A stretch of 38,528 nucleotides of DNA from Thermodesulfovibrionales bacterium (GCA_919901585.1 CAKKPH010000111.1:1-38528), one strand, 5' to 3'; counted from the stretch's first letter, positions 9,839-18,884 are shown. Numbers and translations: made by a program. The notes: generated by a model not told the origin, from the letters alone.

Positions 9839-11473
9839 CTATGTTGCAAGCGCCTCCTGATACTCAGCCCAGAGTTTTTTGACCGGGGTACCGTTGTCTA
9901 TAAACTCCCACGGGAGCATATCATGAAAGTCAAAGTTCCTGAAAAGATAAAAATCAGCCTTTATCCCTGATTCCCTGCAGGCCTTTTGCCAGTCATTGCC
10001 CGAACCCATGCCCTCAATTACATGCGAGACCCTTCTGTCTCCCCTTGAAAAAAGGCCCTGCATATATGCATATTTCTGGACGTCGTGAAATACCCTTACG
10101 CCCCCTAAGCGGGTCAGAGATTTCTTAATCATCTGAAGGCGATTCTTCACAATAGCGGTCTTCTCCATAGGGTGCCACTGAAAGGGGGTGAAGGGTTTCG
10201 GGATAAAGGTGCTGAGGGTGAGAACGAGGTTGCCTTTGTCCGAGGAGCTCCGTATTGTCTTTACGAGAGATATAAGCCCCTCGATATCCCTGTCTTCCTC
10301 TGTTGGAAGGCCGACCATGAAGTAGAGTCTCAGGTTCTCTATGCCCTCTCTGAGTATGAGTCTCGAGGTCTCAATGATGTCTTCATTAGTGATTTTTTTA
10401 TCGATGGCCCTTCTCAGTCTCTCTGTACCTGCCTCAGGCGCTATAGATATGCTCTTATGTCCCTTGAGTGACCTCATGATCTCTGCGCTCTTCCTGCTCG
10501 CCCTAAGAGAGGTTATCGAAAAATCAACCCCATCGATGCAGAGGATATCAGTTATATAAGGATAATCCGTCAAAGAAGGCCCTATGAGGCCGACCCTGCT
10601 CGTGTTTGAGAGGGTCTCGTTTATATCCCGCTTAAGTATATCCGATGACTTTCTGCGCGGCGGATTGAATATATAGCCGGTTGCGCAGAACCTGCAGCTC
10701 CATGGGCATCCTCTCATAGCCTCGACCAGATACATATTAGAAAACTCTGTTTCATTGGTCATGATGGACGGCCTTAGTCTGTTCTCATCGAGGCTCTTAA
10801 TGAAGCGTCTTTTTATTTTCTCAGGGGCGTTGTTCAGGCCGGCTCTGCCTGAGAGCTTATTGTCATCAAAATATTTTACGTCATAAAACTTCGGGATATA
10901 AAGGCCCTCGATCCCGACGGCTCTTTTGTAGAGATCTTCTCTGTTACATGAATTGTTATATGCATCAATGAACTCCCTGAGCATTTCTTCGGCTTCACCA
11001 ATAAAACAGAAGTCAAAAAAATCAGCTAAAGGCTCGGGATTGAAGAACGCTACAACACCTCCCATTATGAGAAGCGGATGCATTCTGCTCCTTTGCCCTG
11101 ATCTTAAAGGTATCCTCGAAAGTTCGAGTATCCTTAGTATATTCGGATAGTCATTCTCGAATGAGACAGAAAAGGCAATGATCTCGAACCTGCTTAAGGG
11201 TCTTTTTGATTCAAATGAGATGATCTCTGTGCCTGTCCTGATGTATTCTTCCATATCTTCTTCGTCAGGGAGAAAGGCCCTCTCGCATACGACATCAGGC
11301 CTCTCATTAAGGAGCGTATAAAGCCCCTGAAAACCTAGGCTCGACATGCCGATATGGTAAGTGTTGGGATATACGAGGCAGATATTTATCTTCCCGCCAG
11401 GGTCTTTAAAGATAGTCCCTTTTTCTTTAGTGAGAAGGTAGTCGATTCTCGTTAATATCTTTTTGCCGGCCAT
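9839..11473 (-). CDS. Radical SAM protein (B12-binding-domain-like / TIGR03960-related)
   Basis: YPNTYHIGMSSLG, RGCPWSCRFC (CxxxCxxC), APEAGTERLR, YFMVGLPTE, FIPKPFTPFQW; start at ATG 11473 inferred. Confidence 0.85.
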   Translation of the reverse strand: MAGKKILTRIDYLLTKEKGTIFKDPGGKINICLVYPNTYHIGMSSLGFQGLYTLLNERPDVVCERAFLPDEEDMEEYIRTGTEIISFESKRPLSRFEIIAFSVSFENDYPNILRILELSRIPLRSGQRSRMHPLLIMGGVVAFFNPEPLADFFDFCFIGEAEEMLREFIDAYNNSCNREDLYKRAVGIEGLYIPKFYDVKYFDDNKLSGRAGLNNAPEKIKRRFIKSLDENRLRPSIMTNETEFSNMYLVEAMRGCPWSCRFCATGYIFNPPRRKSSDILKRDINETLSNTSRVGLIGPSLTDYPYITDILCIDGVDFSITSLRASRKSAEIMRSLKGHKSISIAPEAGTERLRRAIDKKITNEDIIETSRLILREGIENLRLYFMVGLPTEEDRDIEGLISLVKTIRSSSDKGNLVLTLSTFIPKPFTPFQWHPMEKTAIVKNRLQMIKKSLTRLGGVRVFHDVQKYAYMQGLFSRGDRRVSHVIEGMGSGNDWQKACRESGIKADFYLFRNFDFHDMLPWEFIDNGTPVKKLWAEYQEALAT

Positions 11474-11581
11474 TTTGGATAGTATACACAATATAATGCA
11501 TTAAGATTTTGTCTGTTGAATGTCATTCTTACGTATATTATAATGACTTATAGATATGAGTATAAGGAGTGAAGGCCATTT

Positions 11582-12922
11582 ATGATAGAGCTTAATTTTA
11601 CGAATATGATGGATTCTGCCCTCGGCGAGGGGGGCATATCAGACAGGCAGATTGAGGCCATCAGGGGCTGTATACCTGCGATTCACAGTAAGATCAAGGA
11701 CAGGGCTGTGCCGGGGCTTTCCTTTATTGACCTTCTCTCTCAGGATACAGGCAATATAAAGGAGGCTGCGTCCTTCATCAGGGATAATTCCGACGATTTC
11801 CTGCTCCTCGGCATAGGCGGTTCAGCCCTCGGGCCGAGGGCAATACTCGATTCTCTCAGCCCCTTCCATAACCTGAAGAAAAGGCCGAGGGTCTTTATAT
11901 GCGACAATGTCGATCCCATGACGCTGAAGAATATACTTTCATTGATTGACATTAAAAGGACGGCTGTTAATGTTATAACAAAGTCCGGCAGCACTGCTGA
12001 GACCGCATCCTCATTTATGGTGATATGGGAAGAACTTAGGAAGGCCTTCGGCAGCAGGGCCTCTGAGAGGGTCATTGCCACTACAGACCCTGAAAAAGGG
12101 AACCTCAGGATGATCGCAAATGAACTTGGGTTCAAGACCCTCGTAATACCCGCAGGTGTCGGGGGCAGGTACTCTGTTCTCAGCCCTGTCGGTCTATTAA
12201 CGGCTGAGGTCATAGGCATTGATTCAATCGAGATTATCAAGGGAGCAAGGGATATACACGAGAAATGTTCTGTGAATGATATATGGGACAACCCTGCGTA
12301 TCTTTTTGGGACACTCCTTTACCTCATGGACAGGAACGAGAAGCGCAATATTAATGTTATGGTTCCGTATGCTGATGGCCTTAAGGCATTTTCGGAGTGG
12401 TTCTGCCAGCTTTGGGCTGAGAGTCTCGGCAAGGACGGCAAGGGGATTACTCCTTATCCGTCGCTCGGCGCTGTTGATCAGCATTCTCAACTGCAGCTCT
12501 GGATGGAAGGGCCTCAGGACAAGGTTGTCGTCTTTATAAGGGTGCTCGATTACGGAGCTGATATTAAGATCCCGGCTGTATTCGGGGCTGTTGACGGTAT
12601 CGGCTATCTCGGCAACCACATGCTTTCAGATCTGATTAAGGCAGAGGAGGAGTCAACAGAGCTTGCACTTGTAAAGAACAAAAGGCCTAATATGACGATA
12701 ACAATACCTTTGATAGACGCCTATCATATGGGACAACTCTTCCATTTTTTTAATATCGCAACAGCCTTCACAGGGTTCATGTACGATATTGACCCTTTTA
12801 ACCAGCCCGGAGTTGAAGAGGGCAAGAACTTTACATACGGCATGATGGGCAAAAAGGGTTTTGAGGCGAGGCGTCTTGAGGTCGAAAAAGAGAGGGAGAA
12901 AAAAGCCTGTTACAGAGTTTGA
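11582..12922 (+). CDS. pgi: Glucose-6-phosphate isomerase
   Basis: GIGGSALG, TKSGSTAET, VGGRYSV, QLWAESLGK, DQHSQLQ, PFNQPGVEEGK. Confidence 0.96.
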   Translation: MIELNFTNMMDSALGEGGISDRQIEAIRGCIPAIHSKIKDRAVPGLSFIDLLSQDTGNIKEAASFIRDNSDDFLLLGIGGSALGPRAILDSLSPFHNLKKRPRVFICDNVDPMTLKNILSLIDIKRTAVNVITKSGSTAETASSFMVIWEELRKAFGSRASERVIATTDPEKGNLRMIANELGFKTLVIPAGVGGRYSVLSPVGLLTAEVIGIDSIEIIKGARDIHEKCSVNDIWDNPAYLFGTLLYLMDRNEKRNINVMVPYADGLKAFSEWFCQLWAESLGKDGKGITPYPSLGAVDQHSQLQLWMEGPQDKVVVFIRVLDYGADIKIPAVFGAVDGIGYLGNHMLSDLIKAEEESTELALVKNKRPNMTITIPLIDAYHMGQLFHFFNIATAFTGFMYDIDPFNQPGVEEGKNFTYGMMGKKGFEARRLEVEKEREKKACYRV

Positions 12923-13008
12923 ACTCCCAGGAGAGGATGTTGTGAGGCAACAAGGCCTCTCCGGGGGTTCTAATGCCTGTATGAATGCGATACCCGGAAA
13001 ACAGGTAT
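12921..13008. other. Two adjacent hairpins between convergent pgi and PpiC genes (possible bidirectional terminator or structured RNA)
   Basis: GAACTCCCAGGAGAGG..TGTTG-TGAGG-CAACA..CCTCTCCGGGGGTTC (12921-12970) and ATGCCTGT..ACAGGTAT (12973-13008); no clear U-tract. Confidence 0.5.
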
Positions 13009-13020
13009 GCTGTTAATCCC

Positions 13021-14001
13021 TTACTTCTTGCCTTCCGGCTGTTTCTTTTCGTCTGCCTTTTTCTCTTCAGGCTTTTGTTCAGGCTTGGTGTCTTTCTGAA
13101 CAGGCTTTTCTTCAGTTGAGCCCTTCTGGCTGCTCCCTTCTGTGGTGATCTTTGCTATTGCAGCCTTGTCTACCTCTACCTTGTATGAGCTTCTGAGGTT
13201 GTTGATATAGGAATCGAAGACCTCTTTCTGCTTTTCCCCTGTGAGTCTCTGGGTAAGCAGTTTCTTTATCTTATCGAACTCGACAGGCGTGCCTTCCTTC
13301 TTCTCGATGACCTTGATGATATGGTATCCGAACTGTGTCTTCACAGGCCCTGCGAGTTCTCCGGTTTTAGCGGAAAAGGCTGCGTTCTCAAACTCAGGGA
13401 CCATCTGGCCTCTCGAGAAGAGTCCGAGGTCGCCGCCGTTCTTTGCTGAGCCCGGGTCTATTGACTTTGCCTTTGCAAGCTTTGCAAAATTACCGCCCTT
13501 CTTCAGTTCCTCAAAGACCTTCTTTGCCTCATCCTCTGTCTTGACAAGGATATGGCTTGCCCTTATCTGGCTGTTGGCAACGAATTCATCCTTATGTTTT
13601 TCATAATAGTTCTTTGCGTCTTCCTCGGTGACCTTTGCCTTTTCCTCTACCTCTTTTTCGAGCAAAGCGCTGATGATCGTGATCTTCTTGAAGTCCTCCA
13701 CCTTTTTCTTGTAATCAGCATTGTTTTCGAGCCCCTTCTTCTTGGCTTCCTGATAGAGGATCTCTCTCTTTACAAGTTCGTCTACAAACTTTGCCGTACC
13801 CTCCGGCCCCTTAAATATACCCTGGATCTGCTCAGGCAGCGTCTTCAGCTCCCTGGTGATATCATCCTGCGTGATAGTCTCTGAGCCGACCTTTGCTATG
13901 ACAATCCCGGACTTTGCTTCCTTCTGTTTGGCACAGCCAAACAGTACTAAAGAAGCCATAAGAAAAACCAGCAATACCGCTTTTTTCATTTGTTTCTCCA
14001 T
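13021..14001 (-). CDS. PpiC-type peptidyl-prolyl isomerase, PrsA-like lipoprotein
   Basis: Lipobox LFGC; IRASHILV, SIDPGSAKNGGDLG, MVPEFE, TQFGYHII; charged low-complexity tail. Confidence 0.92.
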   Translation of the reverse strand: MEKQMKKAVLLVFLMASLVLFGCAKQKEAKSGIVIAKVGSETITQDDITRELKTLPEQIQGIFKGPEGTAKFVDELVKREILYQEAKKKGLENNADYKKKVEDFKKITIISALLEKEVEEKAKVTEEDAKNYYEKHKDEFVANSQIRASHILVKTEDEAKKVFEELKKGGNFAKLAKAKSIDPGSAKNGGDLGLFSRGQMVPEFENAAFSAKTGELAGPVKTQFGYHIIKVIEKKEGTPVEFDKIKKLLTQRLTGEKQKEVFDSYINNLRSSYKVEVDKAAIAKITTEGSSQKGSTEEKPVQKDTKPEQKPEEKKADEKKQPEGKK

Positions 14002-14016
14002 TCTGTTTATTTAAAT

Positions 14017-14898
14017 TTAGAGCAAGCCTGCTTTTCCCATTATCACAGGCACCTTATCTTCCATCCCTATTGCCATAATATGAACACCGTCGCAGATCTT
14101 TTCTTCTTTAAGCTGTCTTATATGCCTTGCAGTGATGTCCATACCTGTTTCGAGAGCCTTTTCCTTACCTGCAGCCTTGAGTTCATCAATCAACGACTGC
14201 GGGACTCTGATTCCCGGAACGTTGTTGTTCAGGAAGTTCGCCATGCCTGCTGATTTCAGCACAACAAAACCTGCAAGAACCTTCACCGGAAACTTGCGCG
14301 CATGCCTCATGAACTCCTTGAATTTATCGATATCGTATATCGCCTGTGTCTGGAAGAACTTTGCGCCTGCCTTAACCTTCTTCCCAAATTTAATAAGCTG
14401 CGGCTCAATCGGGTTTGCCTCAGGGGTGACAACAGCACCCTGCAGGAAGTCGGTTGGACCCTTCATCTCGTTGCCCGACATATCCCTGCCGTTGTTCAGG
14501 CCGTCAACTGCCTTGAGCAACTGCACTGATTCTATATCATAAACAGGCTTTGCGCTCTTGTGGTCGCCTGCAGTGACATGGTCTCCGGTCATGCAGAGGA
14601 CATTCTTTATCCCTAACACAGAGGCGCCGAGGAGGTCTGACTGAAGTGCAATCCTGTTCCTGTCGCGGCAGGTCATCTGGAGTATCGGCTCAAGGCCGTG
14701 CTCCATAGCTATCTTGCAGACAGCAAGAGAGCATATGCGCATTACAGCAGACTGGTTGTCCGTAACATTGACGGCGTCGAGCTTGCCTTTCAACAGCTCC
14801 ATATGGTGGTGCATCTCTTTTATATCCGTCCCTTTCTGAGGGCCGACCTCTGCAGTAACGACAAACTTTCCTGAGTTTAATATGTCTCTGAAGCTCAC
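14017..14898 (-). CDS. metF: Methylenetetrahydrofolate reductase catalytic subunit
   Basis: TAEVGP, VNVTDNQ, QMTCRDRNR, TGDH, FFQTQ, DGVHIM; GTG start at 14898 overlapping the metV stop (GTGA). Confidence 0.92.
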   Translation of the reverse strand: MSFRDILNSGKFVVTAEVGPQKGTDIKEMHHHMELLKGKLDAVNVTDNQSAVMRICSLAVCKIAMEHGLEPILQMTCRDRNRIALQSDLLGASVLGIKNVLCMTGDHVTAGDHKSAKPVYDIESVQLLKAVDGLNNGRDMSGNEMKGPTDFLQGAVVTPEANPIEPQLIKFGKKVKAGAKFFQTQAIYDIDKFKEFMRHARKFPVKVLAGFVVLKSAGMANFLNNNVPGIRVPQSLIDELKAAGKEKALETGMDITARHIRQLKEEKICDGVHIMAIGMEDKVPVIMGKAGLL

Positions 14899-15560
14899 TT
14901 CTTTTTCTCCTCCTTGGCATAGTGATTTCTCGGCTTCTGGGCCTTTGACCAGTCCTTTGCCTCGATTGTGGTCTCGCAAAGCTCCTGCAGCCTGTCAAGG
15001 CGCTTCATCCTCTCGTATATCTTAACCCATGCGCATTTAATATCAGGGCTTACTTCACAGTTGCCGTCATTGCATCCGCCGCATGGCCCGTTGAGGAGGC
15101 CTTTTGGGCAGGTGGTCACAGGGCATATGCCGCCTGTCATATCGATGATGCACTCGCCGCAGAGCGAGCACCTCTCGTCAAACATCTGGAACCTTGTCAT
15201 ATTACCGAGAAAGAGACTGTCGTTTGTTGGATACACAGCCTTGTCCTCATAGAGTTCGACAGCAGCCTGCGTGCCGGCGCCGCAGGACATTATGAGTATA
15301 CAGTCAGCGCTGTCAACCTCGTTCTTGAACTTCTTAAGCTCGACCTTTGTGCCGAGCACCTGACAGCCTGTTTTTGCAACAAAACCGCCTGACACACTCT
15401 TGCCCTGAGCCTTAAGGGCCTCGGTCAGTTCCTTTATCTCAGGCTCGCCTCCTGTTCCGCAAAGGCTTGCACACTCAGAGCATCCGATAAGGAAGAAGTT
15501 ATTGTATCGTCCTATATTATCCATTAGATGTCTGAAATCTTTCTTTTTGCTGATTATCAT
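14895..15560 (-). CDS. metV: MetV (MTHFR C-terminal-domain / Cys-rich subunit)
   Basis: GCSECASLC, SCGAG, CSLCGEC..TGGICP..CPKGLLNGPCGG..C..CAW; directly upstream of metF. Confidence 0.88.
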   Translation of the reverse strand: MIISKKKDFRHLMDNIGRYNNFFLIGCSECASLCGTGGEPEIKELTEALKAQGKSVSGGFVAKTGCQVLGTKVELKKFKNEVDSADCILIMSCGAGTQAAVELYEDKAVYPTNDSLFLGNMTRFQMFDERCSLCGECIIDMTGGICPVTTCPKGLLNGPCGGCNDGNCEVSPDIKCAWVKIYERMKRLDRLQELCETTIEAKDWSKAQKPRNHYAKEEKKK

Positions 15561-15618
15561 CGCTCCTCCTTTAACGGCAGCAAATAATTATTAGTAACAA
15601 GTTATGTAATAAAAAAAC

Positions 15619-15670
15619 AAGTGAGAACTAAGAAGTGAGAAGTAAAATCATAAATTCTCACTTCTTAGTT
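15619..15670. repeat. Heptamer-periodic perfect 16-bp inverted repeat between folD and metV
   Basis: AACTAAGAAGTGAGAA (15626-15641), 13-nt loop, TTCTCACTTCTTAGTT (15655-15670); left side is AAGTGAG AACTAAG AAGTGAG AAGTAAA. Confidence 0.9.
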
Positions 15671-15748
15671 TCTGCTTCCAAAATACCATTTATAAACTCG
15701 TCATTCGTTGCTTGTTATTGTAGTATTCTAAACGGTGTTGAGTCTGTC

Positions 15749-16657
15749 TTATTTCACGCCTGCATGCATCTTGGCCGATGCGACAGTGTTCTTCATCAGC
15801 ATAGTAATAGTCATTGGTCCTACACCGCCCGGCACCGGTGTAATAGCTCCGGCTATCTCCTTGGCCGCATCGAAATCGACGTCTCCCTTAAGGATCGGCA
15901 GCATCTTGCCTGTCTTTTCGCTCATCTTCTCGCCCACTCGGTTGACCCCGACGTCGATGACGCATGCTCCGGGCTTTATCCATTCAGGCTTAACAAGACC
16001 GGGTACGCCTGCTGCAACTATAAGGATGTCGGCGCGCTTGCAGTGGGCTTCGAGGTTTTTTGTGCCGGTATGCACGATTGTGACAGTAGCGTTTGCGCCT
16101 TTGCCTTTTTGGAGCATAATATTGGCGATCGGCTTGCCGACAATATTTGAACGCCCGACAACAACGACTTCGGCGCCTGAGGTCTCAAAACCTGACCGGA
16201 CGATCAGTTCCTGAATGCCGGCAGGAGTGCAGGGCAGAAACTTCGCCTCGCCTCCGCCTATCATAAGCCGCCCGACATTGACCGGGTGAAAACCGTCCAC
16301 GTCCTTGTCGGGGTCTATTGCATTCAGCACCTTCTTTTCGTCAATATGTTTAGGAAGCGGAAGCTGTACAAGGATGCCGTGTATCTTTGGATCCTTGTTA
16401 TATTTGTCAATAAGCTTGAGCAGGTCTGCCTCGGTTATGTCCTCCGGCTGGTCGTCCTGAATAGAGTTAAATCCGATCTCATGAGCTGTTTTCTGCTTGC
16501 CTGTAACGTAGCTGACTGAGGCCGGGTTCTTGCCCACAAGGATTGTCACAAGTCCCGGCACGACGCCGTGCGTATCCTTCAGTCCGGCTACTTCCTTCTT
16601 TAGTTCTTCCCGTATCTGTGCGGCGATCTCTGTGCCGCTTATTATCTTTGCAGACAT
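15749..16657 (-). CDS. folD: Bifunctional methylene-THF dehydrogenase/cyclohydrolase
   Basis: GILVQLPLP, KDVDGFHP, PCTPAG, GRSNIVGKP, DVGVN, TPVPGGVGPMT. Confidence 0.97.
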   Translation of the reverse strand: MSAKIISGTEIAAQIREELKKEVAGLKDTHGVVPGLVTILVGKNPASVSYVTGKQKTAHEIGFNSIQDDQPEDITEADLLKLIDKYNKDPKIHGILVQLPLPKHIDEKKVLNAIDPDKDVDGFHPVNVGRLMIGGGEAKFLPCTPAGIQELIVRSGFETSGAEVVVVGRSNIVGKPIANIMLQKGKGANATVTIVHTGTKNLEAHCKRADILIVAAGVPGLVKPEWIKPGACVIDVGVNRVGEKMSEKTGKMLPILKGDVDFDAAKEIAGAITPVPGGVGPMTITMLMKNTVASAKMHAGVK

Positions 16658-16674
16658 TTTCTTGCTTCCTCCTT

Positions 16675-17238
16675 CTAATCGTTTTTCTTTATTAGTGCGA
16701 GCATTTCTTCACGGGTGGTATGTTTAGTCCTGAAGATGCCTCTGACTGCTGAAGTTATGGCCCTTGAGCCGGGTTTCTTAATCCCCCTCATGCTCATGCA
16801 GAGGTGCTCAGCATCAACTATGACCATGCATCCCTTGGGCCTGAGCCTCTCCATTATCAGGTCTGCAAGCTGTGTTGTCAGCCGCTCCTGGACCTGCGGC
16901 CTCTTTGCAAAGACCTCAAGGGCCCTTGCAAGTGAGCTTATGCCGACGATCCTTCCTTCGTCAGGTATATATGCGATATGCGCCTTGCCTGCAAAAGGGA
17001 GCAGGTGGTGTTCACAGACAGAATAGAAAGGTATGTCCTTGAGCAGGACCATTTCATCATGCTTTTCGCCTTCCATCGGGGCCAGAAGGTCTTCAGGGTT
17101 AAAACAGATGCCTGAGAATATCTCCTCATACATCTCAGAGACCCTCTCAGGCGTCCTCCTGAGGCCGGGCCTCTCAGGGTCTTCGCCTATGCCCTCGATT
17201 ATGAGCCTGACGCCGTCCTGTATCTTCCTGATATCCAT
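16675..17238 (-). CDS. folE: GTP cyclohydrolase I
   Basis: [41 protein letters not shown]; start ATG 17238 (or 17262). Confidence 0.95.
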   Translation of the reverse strand: MDIRKIQDGVRLIIEGIGEDPERPGLRRTPERVSEMYEEIFSGICFNPEDLLAPMEGEKHDEMVLLKDIPFYSVCEHHLLPFAGKAHIAYIPDEGRIVGISSLARALEVFAKRPQVQERLTTQLADLIMERLRPKGCMVIVDAEHLCMSMRGIKKPGSRAITSAVRGIFRTKHTTREEMLALIKKND

Positions 17239-17287
17239 AGCTATAGTTAGTCCTGCATCCAAAAAAAGGATTAAAAATGAAAGTCGA

Positions 17288-17317
17288 ATTTTAACATTTT
17301 AACCTATTGTTTATCAA
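17288..17317 (-). promoter_or_regulatory. Putative sigma70 promoter for folE-folD
   Basis: Minus strand TTGATA, 18 nt, TAAAAT, with TG-n preceding the -10. Confidence 0.45.
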
Positions 17318-17394
17318 TTTAAATATCGCTGTCAGAAGATATGCTGATTAAGTCAGGCAATAGTCAGTAAAGAGCGGCAGAAATATTGGTGTTC

Positions 17395-17824
17395 TCATCT
17401 GCAATCAGCGCAGTAGCCCTTTATATCGAGGGTATGCCTTACGCCTTTGAACCTGTATTTCCTGCAGAGTAGTTCATCCCGAATAGATTCGAGCTTAGGG
17501 TCAAAGACCTCTGTAACCTTGCCGCACTTAAGGCATACGAAGTGGTCATGATGCCCGTGTCCCGTGTCCGAAGGTATGTTCATAGTGTGCGTGCTTGCCG
17601 TTCCTGTCGGCCTGCTCTATGAGCCCGCTCTCTACGAGCAGCGGGAGTGTCCTGTAAATAGAGGCCCTTGAGACCCTGATACGCTTCTTCCTCATCTTCA
17701 TTATGAGGTCTTCGGGATCAAAATGGCCGTGAGAAGCGAAAACCTCATCAAGGATAATCTGACGCTCTTTTGTAAATTTTAGCCCTTTTTCCCCAAGGAA
17801 TTCCCTGAATATCTCCCTTTCCTT
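17395..17824 (-). pseudogene. fur: Fur-family transcriptional regulator, frameshifted and lacking a start codon
   Basis: Manual translation: KEREIFREFLGEKGLKFTKERQIILDEVFASHGHFDPEDL..VSRASIYRTLPLLVESGLI..HYEHTFGH, then frameshift (7-bp duplication 17554-17567), then HHDHFVCLKCG..GYCADC; in-frame TAA at 17834-17836 upstream with no start codon in between. Confidence 0.88.
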
Positions 17825-17833
17825 AGAGAGAGT

Positions 17834-17905
17834 TTAAAGGAAACTGAGACCGAGTTTCAATTTAATTTCTCTTGCAGTCAGTATCGGTAGCCCTTGTCCG
17901 CTCAA
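17834..17905 (-). pseudogene. hicA: Truncated HicA toxin remnant
   Basis: TTG overlapping the hicB stop gives MSGQGLPILTAREIKLKLGLSFL*; the first ~14 aa resemble a HicA N-terminus (LP.LTAREI). Confidence 0.55.
17840..17860. promoter_or_regulatory. Inverted repeat immediately upstream of the fur remnant, possible autoregulatory Fur-family box
   Basis: GAAACT-GAGACCG-AGTTTC; the minus strand reads TGAAACT-C-GGTCTCA, resembling a 7-1-7 box. Confidence 0.4.
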
Positions 17906-18144
17906 ACTGCAACCTCAAGTGATTTTATGCCAATAACTTCTGGATACTTAAGATTAATCTTTTTCTTATCTTGCTTTAGTTCTTCTATGCACATTGTTAT
18001 TACGTCCTTTATATTCTCTATTGCTTCTTCGTATGTCTTCCCCTGAGCATAGCAGGCTTGCAGAGCCGGACATTCTGCAATAAAAACACCATCTTCATCC
18101 TGCTCTATAATCACCTGAAGATTATAATTCTTCAATTTCAACAC
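17902..18144 (-). CDS. hicB: HicB family antitoxin (UPF0150-like)
   Basis: IIEQDEDG.F.AECPAL..C.AQGKTYEEAIENIKD motif; GGAGGAGG RBS. Confidence 0.88.
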   Translation of the reverse strand: MLKLKNYNLQVIIEQDEDGVFIAECPALQACYAQGKTYEEAIENIKDVITMCIEELKQDKKKINLKYPEVIGIKSLEVAV

Positions 18145-18185
18145 CTCCTCCTTTAAATCTTATTAGATTATACAACAGATGGGGT

Positions 18186-18330
18186 TAATAGATAAATTGC
18201 TTCACCAGCTTCCCTTGCCACAAGGTTATCAAGCTTATAGTTTTTGAGATAAGGGATTCCTGTTTCAGATTTTTCAGAGCATCCGCAGCATCTATGCCGT
18301 CGGCGATGCCTATAACAACTGCGATCTTTG
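18186..18330 (-). pseudogene. Degenerate 3' remnant of a hypothetical gene (copy 1)
   Basis: KIAVVIGIADGIDAADALKNLKQE, frameshift, PYLKNYKLDNLVAREAGEAIYLL; homologous to the remnant at 19724-19792. Confidence 0.5.
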
Positions 18331-18368
18331 ATCAAAAAAAAGGTTTTGTCCGGAGGCTATTTATAGGT

Positions 18369-18719
18369 TTATCGTTTGTTGTATTTTACAGCGTTATCCT
18401 TTGACAGTTCTACAGGGTATTTCTTTTCATTAAGGGCGATTTTGGCGATGACTTCTTTTTCGATATCGATATTCAATTTGTCGGCAAGACGGGAAAGATA
18501 GATGAATACATCTGCAATTTCTTCTCTCACTGCTGCCATATCTTTTTCAGAATTGACAATCTCTTTCGACTGTTCCTCTGTCAGCCACTGAAATATTTCA
18601 AGCAATTCAGCCGCCTCAGCAGTAAGCGCCATCGAGAGATTCTTAGGGCTGTGAAACTGATGCCAGTTCCTGTCTTCCGCAAACTTGCGGAGTTTCTGCT
18701 GGATGTCGCAGATGTTCAT
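18369..18719 (-). CDS. MazG-like nucleotide pyrophosphohydrolase (dCTP pyrophosphatase-like)
   Basis: FAEDRNWHQFHSPKNLSMAL..EAAELLEIFQW..EEIADV..K...NEKKYP. Confidence 0.9.
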   Translation of the reverse strand: MNICDIQQKLRKFAEDRNWHQFHSPKNLSMALTAEAAELLEIFQWLTEEQSKEIVNSEKDMAAVREEIADVFIYLSRLADKLNIDIEKEVIAKIALNEKKYPVELSKDNAVKYNKR

Positions 18720-18727
18720 ATTATTTT

Positions 18728-18772
18728 TTACCCCTTCCCCTCCATAATCACAATCTCCTCCGGCGTGAGGCC
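18728..18772 (-). pseudogene. Extreme C-terminal remnant of a type IIG (Eco57I-like) restriction-modification enzyme
   Basis: GLTPEEIVIMEGKG* resembles the (LY)GLTPEEIxIVEG terminal motif common in these enzymes; the upstream gene body is absent. Confidence 0.55.
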
Positions 18773-18884
18773 ATTACCATAAAACTTGCTCATTGCTCAT
18801 TATAGCATGGCAGGTATTATCTCCTGTCCAGATTTCTATCTTCCGCAAATTTTCTGAGTTTGTTCTGCCGCGCTTATTCCAATT

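Noticed and set aside
13021-13140. K/E/Q/P-rich repetitive tail of the PpiC protein
   Set aside because: Ordinary disordered tail of PrsA-like foldases; no exact nucleotide repeat unit
15619-15670. CRISPR array or riboswitch in the folD-metV spacer
   Set aside because: No repeat-spacer periodicity, no cas genes, and no recognisable SAM/THF/ZTP riboswitch motifs
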